A DNA stretch of 51,507 nucleotides from Gemmatimonadota bacterium (GCA_039589315.1 JBDHHQ010000047.1:1-51507); one strand, 5' to 3'; positions 18,212 to 28,604 are shown, counted from the stretch's first letter. Translations and numbers: made by a program. The notes: generated from the sequence alone by a model not told the origin.

Positions 18212-20860
18212 TCACTCCCCTTTCAGAGACGCCACCGGATCCACCCGTGCCGTTCGGCGCGCCGGCAGGTAGGTCGACGCCATGGCAGCCAGCGCCAGCA
18301 CTCCACCCGCGGCAAGGAACGCCAGCGGATCCCTGGCTTGGACATCGTAGAGCATGGAGCCCAGGAGCCCGACGGCCCAGAACGCGATGCCGATTCCGGC
18401 CGCCATCCCCAGCAGCACGGGGGCGAGTCCCTCTTGGACGAACATGCGCGACAGCGCCGCGCTGCTCGCGCCGACCGCCATGCGGATCCCGATCTCCTTC
18501 CTCCGCAGCACAACCGAGTACGCCACGACGCCGTACACGCCGAGGATCGACAGAAGCAACGCCGCGAGGGCGAATCCGCCGAGAACGTGTGCGCTGACTC
18601 GCTCGGTGGCGATGGCCACCCGGCGGTCCTCGAGGGCGGGACCGATGTCGTACAGCGGCTGATTGGGGTCGAGCTCGGCCAGGGCCGTGCGCACCGGGCC
18701 CACCTGGTCGTCGGACGCCGCCGTGCGAAGCAGGAAGACCTGCCCGAGCCACGGCTCCTGGGCCATGGGCGAGAAGACAGCCAGGAGGGGAGGCCCCGGT
18801 TCGATCCCCACACCCTGGAGATCCTCGACCACGCCCACCACCTCACGCAGAACCGGATCAGTGCTCACGCCGGTTCGAATGAAACGACGCCACGAACCCG
18901 TGCTGATCCGCTTCCCGATCGCGCTCTCGCCCGGCCATGCCCGCTCCGCGAGGGCCCGGGTCATGATCACGACCGGCGTCGAGCCTGCCACGTCCTGCTC
19001 CGTGAAGCCCCGGCCCTCGATCACCTCGATTCCCATCACGTCGAAGTAGTCCGGGGATACGGCGTTCTCGGTGGCGGCACTCCGGTATTCTTCGCCCTCG
19101 AGCCCATCGATCTGGAATAGCTTTCGCGGCCCGACCGTGGGGTTGGGCATCGCGGCCACCGCCGCCTTCTCCACGCCTGGAAGGCCGCGCAGCCGATCCA
19201 GCGCGGACGCGGAGAACTGCGCGATCTCGACGTCGAAGGAATACCGGTCGTCATCCAGCTCGGTCTGGGCCCGTAGCACTCCGCTCAGCGAATAGCCGGG
19301 GTCCCGATCCAGCAGGTTACCGAGACTGCGGAGCAGCACGCCGCTTCCAGCGAGGAGCACGATGGCCATGGTGACCTCGGCGGCCACGAGGCCCCTGAGG
19401 AGCCGCCTGCCCCGGGCGGTCAGCGTCTGGCGACTGGTGGCCAACGCGGCGGCCGGCGGCCGGCTGGCCGCCGCGTGGGCGGGCAGCAGTCCGAACAGAA
19501 TCGTCGCTCCGACGGCCAGGCCGGCCGAGAACAGGATCGTGATGGCGTCGACCGACAGCTCTTCGACCCGGGGCAGGGTGCTCCCGGCCCCCCTTTGGAG
19601 CACTTCGACCCCGCCGTAGGCCAGGACCAGGCCCACGAGTCCGCCAGTGCCCGAGAGCAAGAGCCCTTCGGTCAGGAGCTGGCGCGTGATCCGCAGGCGG
19701 CTCGCGCCCAAAGCTTTTCGGGCGGCCCACTCTCCGGACCGGCCGACGCTCCGGACGAGCTGCAGTCCGGAGAGGTTCACGCACACCATGACCAGCAGCA
19801 GCCCTGAGGCGCCCAGCAGAATCCACAGCGGACGGCGGACCGAGCCCACCAGCCGGGTGCGGAGGTCGTACGCCCGGGTGATCCATCCTTCACTGCCGCG
19901 AGATTCCAGGAACTCCGTGAGAACGCCCTCGGCTTCGGCCCGAGCCTGTTCCAGCGATGTCCCGGGAGCCAGCCGCCCGATCATCCGAAGGGTCGAGACG
20001 AGGTCGCCCTGCAGCGATGCGAACGCTTCCAGGGGAAGGTATATATCGACCGGCCGGTCGCCGGCTCCGCTTCGGGCGTCGAGCTCTTGAACGAGGCGGA
20101 CCTCGGGAGGCATTACCCCGATCACCTCGTAGCTCTCACCCCCCAACGTCAGCGTCCGGCCCAGGGCGGCCGTAGGGCCTGACAGGTGCTGGTCGGCGAA
20201 CTCGTGACTCAGGACCGCCACCCGGGCACCCGCGGCCTCTTCCGCTCGGTTGAAGACTCGGCCCACGACCGGCTGCAGACCCGTGATGGGAAAGAACGTG
20301 TCGCTCGTGCGCGTGGCCGTGACCCGGACCGCCCGGTCCGCCGTAGCCAGGTTGAATGCCGTCGTCGAAAACACCGCCAAGTCCACGGACCGCAGCCGCT
20401 GGCCCAGCTCGCGGAACTGGGCGTAGGAGTACTGCCAGTCCTGGATGGACCGCTCGGGCATCTCCTGGCTGAAGTAGACGAGTCCCTCGGGCTCGGGAAG
20501 CGGCAGCTGCCGAAGCACGACTCCGTTCACGACGCTGAACAGCGCCGCATTCACCCCGATTCCGAGCCCCAGCGTCACGACCATAACGGCCGTGAGTCCT
20601 GGCGATCTGGCCAACGTGCGCACGGCCGCTCGCAGATCCCCGTTCCATCCGTTCATCATCCCCTCCCGTCGCCACAGCCAAACCGCATCGATGAAGCACG
20701 TGCATGTCCTGAACAGCATTCCTGGACCCGATCGGCCGGACCGGATCGCGAATCCCACCTCACCCTCCCACTCCCGTCGCCAGTCCTCACGGGCGCCGGG
20801 CGGCGCCAGGCGCGAGGCCACGTCGAACAGCCACCGGTAGGGGTAGGGTAGGGGGGACAT
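18212..20860 (-). CDS. ADOP-type duplicated ABC permease 3
   Basis: Start MSPLPYPY overlaps PadR stop (TGATG); TLGLGIGVNAALFSVVN, GVYGVVAY...EIGIRMAVGA, PARRTARVDP. Confidence 0.95.
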   Translation of the reverse strand: MSPLPYPYRWLFDVASRLAPPGAREDWRREWEGEVGFAIRSGRSGPGMLFRTCTCFIDAVWLWRREGMMNGWNGDLRAAVRTLARSPGLTAVMVVTLGLGIGVNAALFSVVNGVVLRQLPLPEPEGLVYFSQEMPERSIQDWQYSYAQFRELGQRLRSVDLAVFSTTAFNLATADRAVRVTATRTSDTFFPITGLQPVVGRVFNRAEEAAGARVAVLSHEFADQHLSGPTAALGRTLTLGGESYEVIGVMPPEVRLVQELDARSGAGDRPVDIYLPLEAFASLQGDLVSTLRMIGRLAPGTSLEQARAEAEGVLTEFLESRGSEGWITRAYDLRTRLVGSVRRPLWILLGASGLLLVMVCVNLSGLQLVRSVGRSGEWAARKALGASRLRITRQLLTEGLLLSGTGGLVGLVLAYGGVEVLQRGAGSTLPRVEELSVDAITILFSAGLAVGATILFGLLPAHAAASRPPAAALATSRQTLTARGRRLLRGLVAAEVTMAIVLLAGSGVLLRSLGNLLDRDPGYSLSGVLRAQTELDDDRYSFDVEIAQFSASALDRLRGLPGVEKAAVAAMPNPTVGPRKLFQIDGLEGEEYRSAATENAVSPDYFDVMGIEVIEGRGFTEQDVAGSTPVVIMTRALAERAWPGESAIGKRISTGSWRRFIRTGVSTDPVLREVVGVVEDLQGVGIEPGPPLLAVFSPMAQEPWLGQVFLLRTAASDDQVGPVRTALAELDPNQPLYDIGPALEDRRVAIATERVSAHVLGGFALAALLLSILGVYGVVAYSVVLRRKEIGIRMAVGASSAALSRMFVQEGLAPVLLGMAAGIGIAFWAVGLLGSMLYDVQARDPLAFLAAGGVLALAAMASTYLPARRTARVDPVASLKGE

Positions 20861-21177
20861 CAGAACGCCGCGTCTCCTGCCAGGTCGGTGGCTCGACCGA
20901 GAGCAGGGAACCGACGCAAGGCCTCCAGGGCCGCGTCCGCGCCCAGAGGAGTGAGCTCGTAGTACCGGCGTGGAGGCCGGCGGTCGGCCCGAGCCGTCTC
21001 GTCGGCCTCCCATCGGCCTTTCAGCGCACCGCGGTCCTCGAGCCGTCGGAGGATCGGATAGACGGTGCCGTCCGGAAGCCCGGTCACGTCCATGATGTCG
21101 AAGCCGTACCGATGGCCCGCGCGCACGGCGAGCAGGACTGCAGCGGTCGGGAGCGTCATTCGAAAGGGCGTGGCCAC
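20860..21177 (-). CDS. PadR family transcriptional regulator (type B, TGLPxGTVYP)
   Basis: GAGGAGG before GTG 21177 (alternative ATG 21159); AVRAG.RYGFDIMDVTGLPDGTVYP...RRYYELT. Confidence 0.93.
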   Translation of the reverse strand: MATPFRMTLPTAAVLLAVRAGHRYGFDIMDVTGLPDGTVYPILRRLEDRGALKGRWEADETARADRRPPRRYYELTPLGADAALEALRRFPALGRATDLAGDAAF

Positions 21178-21326
21178 CGGGCCTCCTCGGGCTTGATGGA
21201 GCTCGCTGTTGAGCTGAAGCGTCCGCCCCATGGACCGGCGCGACTCCATAGTTGGGCTGACACGTCCATGCCGTGCCGACGGGTCAAATTATGGGTGCGC
21301 GTCAGGTTATGAGTCGGCGCGACTCT

Positions 21327-21384
21327 CTATCTATAACTCTAGGTAGCTATCTAATACTCTAGGTAGCGGATTGGGTTCCCGCAA
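21327..21384 (-). promoter_or_regulatory. Promoter with two tandem 20-bp palindromic operator-like sites
   Basis: CTATCTATAACTCTAGGTAG (21327-21346) and CTATCTAATACTCTAGGTAG (21347-21366); minus TTGCGG-N17-TAGAGT overlaps them. Confidence 0.7.
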
Positions 21385-21542
21385 GGCTCTTTAGCCCTCG
21401 GGTCTTCGCCCGCGCGCCGGTCCACGGTGCTGGCTGGCACATGGCGCTGACATGTCTTCACGCGCCGTCTCATTCCCGGCTCGCGAGTCGTTTCATTGCC
21501 GAAGACTCGCGCACACAGGTCATCCCACCGCCACTGGGAGCC

Positions 21543-21998
21543 ATGGGGACGACTCGACGGGCGACCCTCACCCTGGTCCTTGGCTGGACATCGGCAGCGG
21601 CCTGCGGCGAGGGCGTCAGTGATCCGGAGTGCAATCTCGTCGATCCCTTCCCGTACGCGATCCTGGTGGACGTCCGATCGCGGGTTACGGACGAGCGGAT
21701 CACGGAAGGCGTGGAGGTCCGGTTGGTAGGTGGGTCGATGGAAGTACTCCTGACGCCGTTGGTGACCGGAAAGTGGTCTGCCATGGTGCCGGCGGGAACC
21801 TACGACGTCTTCGTCCAGGCCGAGGGATTCCGTCCCTGGGAGGCTCGCGGCGTGGAGACGCGGTGGGGCGCATGCGGTGGCTTCGATCCCGTCGAGCTCG
21901 AGGCGCGCCTGGACCATGCCCCGCGACAGCGGAGTGCGGTTCCTGAGCGCTCGCAGCGACTCCCGCCTCGGCCCTCATGTACCGCTCGGCCGATCTGA
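21543..21998 (+). CDS. Hypothetical lipoprotein, carboxypeptidase-regulatory-like beta domain
   Basis: GGGAG SD; lipobox-like AAAC; PAGTYDVFVQAEGFRPW. Confidence 0.7.
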   Translation: MGTTRRATLTLVLGWTSAAACGEGVSDPECNLVDPFPYAILVDVRSRVTDERITEGVEVRLVGGSMEVLLTPLVTGKWSAMVPAGTYDVFVQAEGFRPWEARGVETRWGACGGFDPVELEARLDHAPRQRSAVPERSQRLPPRPSCTARPI

Positions 21999-22305
21999 AA
22001 GCTCCGCGCATCCACGGGACCTAGGTCGGCTCGTGTCAGGTCCTGTGCGTTTCGATCGTTCTTCCGGACGGCAGAGTGCCGCCATCGAGGACGGGGGTTG
22101 TGAGAACGCGGCGTGTGTTTCGAGGAGCCCTGGGGACGGTCCCGGTGGCGGCTGCGCAGGACGTCGAGGTCGTAGCAGGCGTCTACACCGAGGTCGTCGT
22201 GACCTTCGAGACGGGGATAGCGTGGCGCGACCCCGGGCGGCCGTTCCCGGTCATTAGATGGACTCCGTGCCCCGAAGAGCACGGTCCGTGCGCAGGAGCC
22301 CCGCG

Positions 22306-23628
22306 ATGAACGTTCGAGAAGCTGTCCGACGCCTCAGGCCGTTCGACCTTTCGTGGATGGCCACCGTCTGGCTCGGCATCGGGTTGATCGGGTGCGGCGA
22401 CCCGGCCGGGCCGGAGCCTCCCGGAGGGCCCGTAGAGCCGATCACCGTGTTGCCGCGGGCTCTCACGGCATCGGAGACCGAAGTCATCGGTCGGTCCAAC
22501 GCCTTCGGCTTCGAGCTCGCCCGACAGCTCGCCGAAAGGGACGATCGACCCAACGTCGTGCTGTCACCCCTGAGCGCCGCCATGGCGCTGGGCATGACCT
22601 TGAACGGAGCCGCGGGCTCCACCTTCGCTGACATGCGCTCGGCGCTGGCTCTCGACGGGCTGAGCCAGGAGGAGATCAACGAGGCGTATCGTGGTCTTCT
22701 CGACCTGCTCACGTCGCTGGACGGGACCGTCGATCTCTCCATCGCCAACGCGGTCTGGTCCAACCAGGAGGTGGAGTTCCACGCGGCATTCTTCGAGGCC
22801 GTCCAGACGGCGTTTGCCGCGACCGCGGAGTCAAGCGACTTCGCGGATCCTGGGACGCTCGACGAGATCAACCGCTGGGCCGCCGAGCAGACGCACGGCA
22901 AGATCGAGAAGATCCTGGATTCGCTGGACCCGGATCTTGTGATGCTCCTGCTGAACGCCATCTGGTTCGACGGGCAATGGACGACTCGCTTCGATCCCGC
23001 CGATACCCGCCGCGCCCCGTTCCTACGTGCAGACGGATCGACCGTCGACGTCGACATGATGAACCTCGACACCGGAGAGTTCCCGCTGGCTTTCGGGGCC
23101 GATTGGAGCGCCGCCGAGCTCCCGTATGGCGGCGGGGCATGGTCGATGGTCGTGGTCGTTCCAGTGGGTCAACGCTCCGCCCGGGAGCTGTTCGGGCAGC
23201 TCGACGGGGAGGCGTGGAACGAGATCGTCGGCCGTCTCACGCCCCTCGAGGTGGATCGGCTTTCGCTGCCCAGGTTCGCCCTCGAGTACGATGCCTTTCT
23301 GAACGAGGCACTCGACGCCATGGGCATGGGAGTCGCCTTCGGCCCGGCGGCCGACTTCACTCGGCTCTCCCCCATCGGTGACCGCCTGTGCATCGATTTC
23401 GTCCGGCAGAAGACGTTCATCGAGGTCGATGAAGCGGGCACACGAGCGGCGGCGGTGACGGCGGTCGGCATCGGACTCGAGTCGTTCATCGGGCTGGTGG
23501 TTGACCGCCCGTTCGTTTTCGCCCTCAGGGAGCGACTGTCCGGGACCATCCTGTTCATCGGACTGGTAGAGGACCCCACGTTCGGGGGGGAGCCCGCGGA
23601 GCCCTTCGTGGGACAGTGCCATGGGTGA
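22306..23628 (+). CDS. Serpin family lipoprotein
   Basis: AGGAG SD; LIGC lipobox; NVVLSPLS, INRWAAEQTHGKI, NAIWFDGQW, hinge DEAGTRAAAVT, DRPFVF, ILFIG.V.DP. Confidence 0.95.
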   Translation: MNVREAVRRLRPFDLSWMATVWLGIGLIGCGDPAGPEPPGGPVEPITVLPRALTASETEVIGRSNAFGFELARQLAERDDRPNVVLSPLSAAMALGMTLNGAAGSTFADMRSALALDGLSQEEINEAYRGLLDLLTSLDGTVDLSIANAVWSNQEVEFHAAFFEAVQTAFAATAESSDFADPGTLDEINRWAAEQTHGKIEKILDSLDPDLVMLLLNAIWFDGQWTTRFDPADTRRAPFLRADGSTVDVDMMNLDTGEFPLAFGADWSAAELPYGGGAWSMVVVVPVGQRSARELFGQLDGEAWNEIVGRLTPLEVDRLSLPRFALEYDAFLNEALDAMGMGVAFGPAADFTRLSPIGDRLCIDFVRQKTFIEVDEAGTRAAAVTAVGIGLESFIGLVVDRPFVFALRERLSGTILFIGLVEDPTFGGEPAEPFVGQCHG

Positions 23629-23732
23629 GCCGGGGGACTCTCGGCGTCGATTCTGTCGGGCCTGCCACGTCGATCGCCCATGCGAGGCATGGCTTCGCCG
23701 GTCCTGCGAGAGCTCGGCCCCGTGAGACCGGC

Positions 23733-26405
23733 CTACTCTTCCCGGAGCACCGCCATGGGATCGGTCCGTGCGGCTCGGCGAGCCGGAATCCAACAGGCCG
23801 CCCAACCGACGAGGCTCAGCAGGATGGCCACGGCTCCGAAGGTCGCCGGGTCCGTGGCCGGGACGCCGAAGAGCAGGCTCTCCAGAAGTCGTGTGGCGCC
23901 CAGCGCACCGACGCCCCCCAGCACGAGCCCTATCAGCACGAACCGCAGCCCCTGACCCAGCACCAGGCCCGACACGTCGCCGGAGCGGGCGCCCAACGCC
24001 ATGCGCACGCCGATCTCGCGCCGTCTCCGTCCCACCACGAACGCCAGCACGCCGTAGATGCCACCGACCGTGAGGGCCAGTGCCACCGTACCGAACACCG
24101 CGAACAGCATCATCGTGAACCGACGGCCGGCCAGGGCCAGGTCGACCAGGCCGTTCAGCGTGCCCACGTCGTACACGGGCACGAGGGGGTCCAGAGACCG
24201 GACCACGTTGCGGGCTGGGTCGACGATGGCCAACGGATCGCCGTCGGTCCGGACAACCACGGCCATCTGCCGGACGGCAGACTGAGGGTGGGCCTGGTAG
24301 AGCTGCGGATCGGGGACGGCCTCGACCTCGGTGTAGCGGACATCTCCGACGACGCCCACCACTGTCATCCAGTCGTCCTCGTCGGGAGCGCTGCCCCATC
24401 CGATCCGCTGGCCCACGGCTTCGCCGTCGGGAAACAACGTTCGCGCCAGCGATGCGCTGATGATGGCAGTGGTTTCACCATCGGCCCGGTCGCGGCCGTC
24501 GAACTCACGGCCCGAGAGCAACGGGGTCCCCAGGGCCCCGAAGAAGCCGGCGGTGGCCCGGCGCTGGAGCACGGTCACCGCTTCGTCGACGCTCGCCTCG
24601 ACACGGGCCGCGGTCGTGACGGACGCCACGGCGCCCTCACCCGACACCGGCAAGTCGGATCCCGCCCCCACCGCCGTCACCCCGGGCAGGGACATGAGCT
24701 CGGCCCGCAGGCGCGTGTAGAAGTCGTGAGTGTCCGCGGAAGTGGGGTAGCGGCTGGACGGAACCGACACCCGGAACGTGGCCGCCCCTCCGCGCTGGAA
24801 GCCCAGCTCCTGACGGTCGAGCTCGGCGAGCGTGCGGACCATCAGGCCGGTGCTCACCAGCAGCATCAGCGCCAGGGCCACTTCGGACACGACCAGCCCG
24901 CCCAGGAGTCCCCCGCGAGAGGGGGAGCCCCCGTCGCCCCGCCGGGCGAGTCCGGGATGCATGGCACCCCGGCCGGCCTGGAGCATGGGCGCGAGCCCGA
25001 ACAGCACGGCCGTGGACAGCGTCACCGTGGCCGAGAACCCGAGCACGAGCGGGTCCAGGGCCACGTCGGCGATCCTCGGGATGGAGGGTGGCGCTGCGGC
25101 CACCACGGCCCGGAGGCCCACCATGGCCACGCCCAGACCCAGCACGCCGCCCACTGAGGCCACGGCCAGGTTCTCGACCAGGAGCTGCCGCGCCAAGCGC
25201 CCGCGCCCGGCCCCCAGGGCCCGCCGGACCGACAGCTCCTCGGTACGGGTGGTGGACCGGGCCAGCGTCAGGTTGGCCACATTCACGCAGGCGATCAGGA
25301 GCACCAGCCCGACCATGGCGAAGGTGGCCCAGATCGCGGGTCGCACGTCGCCCACGACCATCTCGTGGAGCTCCTCCACGGTGGCGTGCCAGCCCGCGCT
25401 CCGGCGATCGGTCTCGCCGATGGCGTCGAGCACCGCGTTGATCTCGCCTTGGGCCCGGTCGGCCGCCACCCCCGGCTGGAGCCGCACGAACAGATCGAGC
25501 CAGTGGGCGATCCAACCCGAGGTTCCCAGGGTGAACGGGATGAAGATCTGGGCGTCGGTACCGCTGATGTGGGCGTACGATTCGGGGAGCACGCCCACCA
25601 CGGTGAACGGGTTGCCGTTGATGTCGATGGTGCTCCCGAGGGCGGCCGGGTCCCCACCCAGGAACCGGGTCCAGAAGCCGTGGGTGACGACCGCCACCAC
25701 CCGGTCGCCGGCGGCGATCTCGTCCGGCGAGAACATGGTGCCGAGCTCCGGCACCGTCCCGAAGACGTCGAAGAAGTCGCCGGTGATCATTCGACCCTGG
25801 ACCTGGTGGGCTTCCTGACGGTCGATCAGCACGGTGAAGCTTGCAGGGAACTCGGCGCCCACCGCCTCGAATACGTCGCTTCGGCCTCGCAGCTGCTCGT
25901 ATTCCACTACCCGGAAGCTGAAGTCCGTGATGTCGCCGTCATCGGTGTGGGCCCAGGCCCTCACGATCCGTTCCGGATGGTCGTACGGAAGGGCGTCCAG
26001 CAACACCGTTCGAACCACGGAGAAGATGGCTGTGGTAGCCCCGATGCCCAGGGCCAACGTGAGCGCTGCGGTCAACGTGAAGGTGGGTGACCTTCGGAGC
26101 TGCCGGAACGCGTACCCGACGTCGCGTGCGAGCGATTCGATGCCCATGCTTCCTCCCGTAACTCCCCCTCCACCCTGGGCCTTGAACCCCCGGGTCCGGG
26201 TAGCACTCGTGCGGCGGAGAACCCATACCGAGGTCAGGACCTGCCGGAGGTACCACACGTCGGCCGCCAACCAGAGTCGGTGGGGCCTCTGGAACTCGGC
26301 GTATTCGTCCGCGAGATCATCCAGCAGGCGCCTGGCGTCGTCGGCCTCCAACAGCAGACCGGCGATCCAGTCGGCCACCCGGGGCGGCGTGGCCCTGCGG
26401 GTCAC
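23733..26405 (-). CDS. ADOP-type duplicated ABC permease 4
   Basis: GTGA overlap with PadR stop; TLALGIGATTAIFSVV, LLIACVNVANL, REIGVRMALGA, PARRAARTDP. Confidence 0.95.
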   Translation of the reverse strand: MTRRATPPRVADWIAGLLLEADDARRLLDDLADEYAEFQRPHRLWLAADVWYLRQVLTSVWVLRRTSATRTRGFKAQGGGGVTGGSMGIESLARDVGYAFRQLRRSPTFTLTAALTLALGIGATTAIFSVVRTVLLDALPYDHPERIVRAWAHTDDGDITDFSFRVVEYEQLRGRSDVFEAVGAEFPASFTVLIDRQEAHQVQGRMITGDFFDVFGTVPELGTMFSPDEIAAGDRVVAVVTHGFWTRFLGGDPAALGSTIDINGNPFTVVGVLPESYAHISGTDAQIFIPFTLGTSGWIAHWLDLFVRLQPGVAADRAQGEINAVLDAIGETDRRSAGWHATVEELHEMVVGDVRPAIWATFAMVGLVLLIACVNVANLTLARSTTRTEELSVRRALGAGRGRLARQLLVENLAVASVGGVLGLGVAMVGLRAVVAAAPPSIPRIADVALDPLVLGFSATVTLSTAVLFGLAPMLQAGRGAMHPGLARRGDGGSPSRGGLLGGLVVSEVALALMLLVSTGLMVRTLAELDRQELGFQRGGAATFRVSVPSSRYPTSADTHDFYTRLRAELMSLPGVTAVGAGSDLPVSGEGAVASVTTAARVEASVDEAVTVLQRRATAGFFGALGTPLLSGREFDGRDRADGETTAIISASLARTLFPDGEAVGQRIGWGSAPDEDDWMTVVGVVGDVRYTEVEAVPDPQLYQAHPQSAVRQMAVVVRTDGDPLAIVDPARNVVRSLDPLVPVYDVGTLNGLVDLALAGRRFTMMLFAVFGTVALALTVGGIYGVLAFVVGRRRREIGVRMALGARSGDVSGLVLGQGLRFVLIGLVLGGVGALGATRLLESLLFGVPATDPATFGAVAILLSLVGWAACWIPARRAARTDPMAVLREE

Positions 26406-26743
26406 GCCTCGCCCCCTTCCGGCTCCGGCAGCTCGATCCCCGTCCACATCGTGTCGCGGATTCGCCGCGTCCGATGCAGCTCGGCGGCGCCGGTCGGCGA
26501 CAGCTCGTAGTACCGGCGGGGCCGGCCACGACGGGCCGCTGTGCGGTCGCCCGAGCGCGACCTGATGAGACCCTTGTCCTCCAGACGGTCGAGGGTGGCG
26601 TAGACGGCCCCCATGGAAACCTGGGCGCCCGAGCGTGCCTCGAGCTCCCTTCGAATCGGGACGCTGTATGCGTCAGGACCCTGGTGCAGCAACGCGAGCA
26701 GCACCAACTCCTCGAACGAACCCAGGACTCCGGTCTTGCCCAT
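26402..26743 (-). CDS. PadR family transcriptional regulator (type C, LGxFE)
   Basis: GGAGG SD; LGSFEELVLLAL...GAVYATLDRLEDKG...RGRPRRYY. Confidence 0.93.
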   Translation of the reverse strand: MGKTGVLGSFEELVLLALLHQGPDAYSVPIRRELEARSGAQVSMGAVYATLDRLEDKGLIRSRSGDRTAARRGRPRRYYELSPTGAAELHRTRRIRDTMWTGIELPEPEGGEA

Positions 26744-26820
26744 CCACGTCCCTCCGTGCACCTAATGGGTCGTCCCCGCCGACCTCGCGGATTAAAACTA
26801 TTTAGTAGAGAAACTGTTCC

Positions 26821-27060
26821 GTGCGCAAGGTCACGAGTGCGCCTCGCCGCTTCACCCCTCCCGGGCTCCCTCTCACCGTCCCCATGGTGCTCGGGACGTG
26901 CGCATTCTGTGTGGGCGGCCCGGCCGCCGCGCAGAATGGCCATCCCGAGTGGTCGCCCGACGGGAGCTGGGTGGCGTTCCGGTCCGACGTGTCGGGAGAC
27001 AGCCAGATCTGGATCATGCGGGCCGACGGAACCCGTGTCCGGATGCTCACCCGTCCCTGA
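26821..27060 (+). pseudogene. Remnant of a TolB-like PD40 repeat protein
   Basis: Signal-like segment followed by a single blade HPEWSPDGSWVAFRSD...QIWIMRADG; too short for a propeller. Confidence 0.65.
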
Positions 27061-27067
27061 GCCGGGC

Positions 27068-27520
27068 TCAACCTTCCACTGAAGCGGCCAACCCCACGAT
27101 CGATCCGCACGGCGCGCGGACGAACACTTCGTCCATGCCGTAGAAGGTCTGTCTCCTCGGTACCAGCACGTCTGCGGTGAGCGTCTGCAGGTAGGGCTCG
27201 AGCGACTCCACCTCGATGAACAGCGTGGTGGCGCCGTGGGAGACGTCATCCAGGAGCGCGGGGACGTCGTCGGCCACGCTCTGGCGCGTCTGGTACATGA
27301 GCTCAATGGGCCCGCGCTGCAGGATCGCGAAATCCAGCCGGTCGTCCCGGGGCACGGTCACGGTGACCTCGAAGCCCAACCAGTCAGTCCAGAACGGCAG
27401 GCAGGGCTCGATGGCCTCCACGAACAGGATCGGGGTCATCTTCTTCACGCTCGGTGCCTCCTCAAGGGGCACGGCCGCCATCACGATCACGGCCAGGGCG
27501 ACGAATGCGGTCTTCGGCAT
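27068..27520 (-). CDS. VOC/glyoxalase-like protein
   Basis: TPILFV...FW...LGF, LFIEV, TFYGMDEVFVRAPCG; GGAGG SD. Confidence 0.85.
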   Translation of the reverse strand: MPKTAFVALAVIVMAAVPLEEAPSVKKMTPILFVEAIEPCLPFWTDWLGFEVTVTVPRDDRLDFAILQRGPIELMYQTRQSVADDVPALLDDVSHGATTLFIEVESLEPYLQTLTADVLVPRRQTFYGMDEVFVRAPCGSIVGLAASVEG

Positions 27521-27625
27521 GCAACCTCCACTGCCTTGGGGTCAGGCGACGAAGATCGCGCTCGATGATCGGAAGCGATTGAACGAATGCGTCACGGGTG
27601 GGGACGCGTCGGCAGGGAGTGTGGG

Positions 27626-28390
27626 TCAGGAGTCCCAGTACAGCCGGCGCAGCTGTCCGGGCGTCACTCCGGCCAGGTCCCGCACGTCGCGCGTGAAGTG
27701 GGATTGGTCGGCGTATCCCGCCTCCTGCGCGATCCGGCCCAGCTCCAGGTCAGGCCGCGTGGCCATCCGGTTCGAGGCCCGCCGAAAGCGGAGGATCCGT
27801 GCGAGCGCCCCCGGTCCGATCCCGACGGTGGCGCGGAAGCGGCGCTCGAGCGTGCGGCGGCTCATGCCCAGCCGGTTGGCGATCATGCCGGCGCCCGGCG
27901 CGCCCTGGGCCTCTCGTATGCTGGCGAGCGCGCGGGCCACGAAACGGTCGGGTGCGAACCGCGACAGGCGTGTGATGAGGATCCGGTCCGCGAGCCGAGG
28001 ACGGTCTCCGAGGGGCACCTCGGCCAGGGGACGAAGATCCGCGAGGTCGTCGTGTCCCGCGACGTCCGCCAACTCCGGGGCCTCGTCGACCAGCTCGCCA
28101 GCGTAGACCGGCAGGAACGCCGGCAGTCCGGCCGGCCGGAAGCGGATCCCGAACGCCGCCACCGGGCCTGCGAGCGTGATCGGCGCCGCGTGCCGCTGCG
28201 TCCCGATCACGCGCGCGCACGTATGGCCCCCGGGACCGTCCGAGACCAGGAGGTCCATGCAGCCGTCAGGAAGCACCGGCCGAACCGTGGGCGCCGGCAC
28301 GAAGCCCTCGACCGACCAGTAACACTCGACCCAGGGCCGGAGCGGCGGGGCGGGCCGGGTTTCGCGGTAGTCGAGGGGCAGGGGACTCAT
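27626..28390 (-). CDS. AraC family transcriptional regulator
   Basis: P.PPLRPWVECYW, VLPDGCMDL, SRRTLERRF...G, AGYADQSHFTRD. Confidence 0.93.
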   Translation of the reverse strand: MSPLPLDYRETRPAPPLRPWVECYWSVEGFVPAPTVRPVLPDGCMDLLVSDGPGGHTCARVIGTQRHAAPITLAGPVAAFGIRFRPAGLPAFLPVYAGELVDEAPELADVAGHDDLADLRPLAEVPLGDRPRLADRILITRLSRFAPDRFVARALASIREAQGAPGAGMIANRLGMSRRTLERRFRATVGIGPGALARILRFRRASNRMATRPDLELGRIAQEAGYADQSHFTRDVRDLAGVTPGQLRRLYWDS

Positions 28391-28472
28391 GCTGGGAATG
28401 TCTGCCGGTGGGTCCGGCCACACCAGGGTCGGGGTGCCGGCTCCTCGCGCAAACCGCCCGGAACCTGTCGCG

Positions 28473-28565
28473 ATGATCCTGCCCGAGGTGAACTTGCTCT
28501 TGCACGCGGACCGCGCGGCATCCACCTGGCACGCGCCTGCGAGTCGTGGTGGGAGGGAGCCCTGC
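28473..28565 (+). pseudogene. N-terminal remnant of a VapC/PIN-domain toxin
   Basis: MILPEVNLLLHADRAASTWHAPA then, after a frameshift, SWWEGAL; resembles the MILPDVNLLLYA...H..AR.WW..AL start of VapC proteins. Confidence 0.55.
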
Positions 28566-28604
28566 CCCTCAGGCTCGCTCGCTGCCGGGGCGCCAGCCGT
28601 CTCC

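Noticed and set aside
21327..21366. Short direct repeats as CRISPR or iterons (also 14352-14429, 44745-44820)
   Set aside because: Only two abutting copies, no spacers, no cas or rep genes.
22000..22305. Short ORFs between the lipoprotein and serpin genes (VEVVAGVYTEVVVTFETGI)
   Set aside because: Possibly a decayed gene tail, but no family could be assigned and no credible start.
11242..28071. AraC repeat pair as a diversity-generating retroelement TR/VR
   Set aside because: Mismatches are not adenine-specific and no reverse transcriptase is present.
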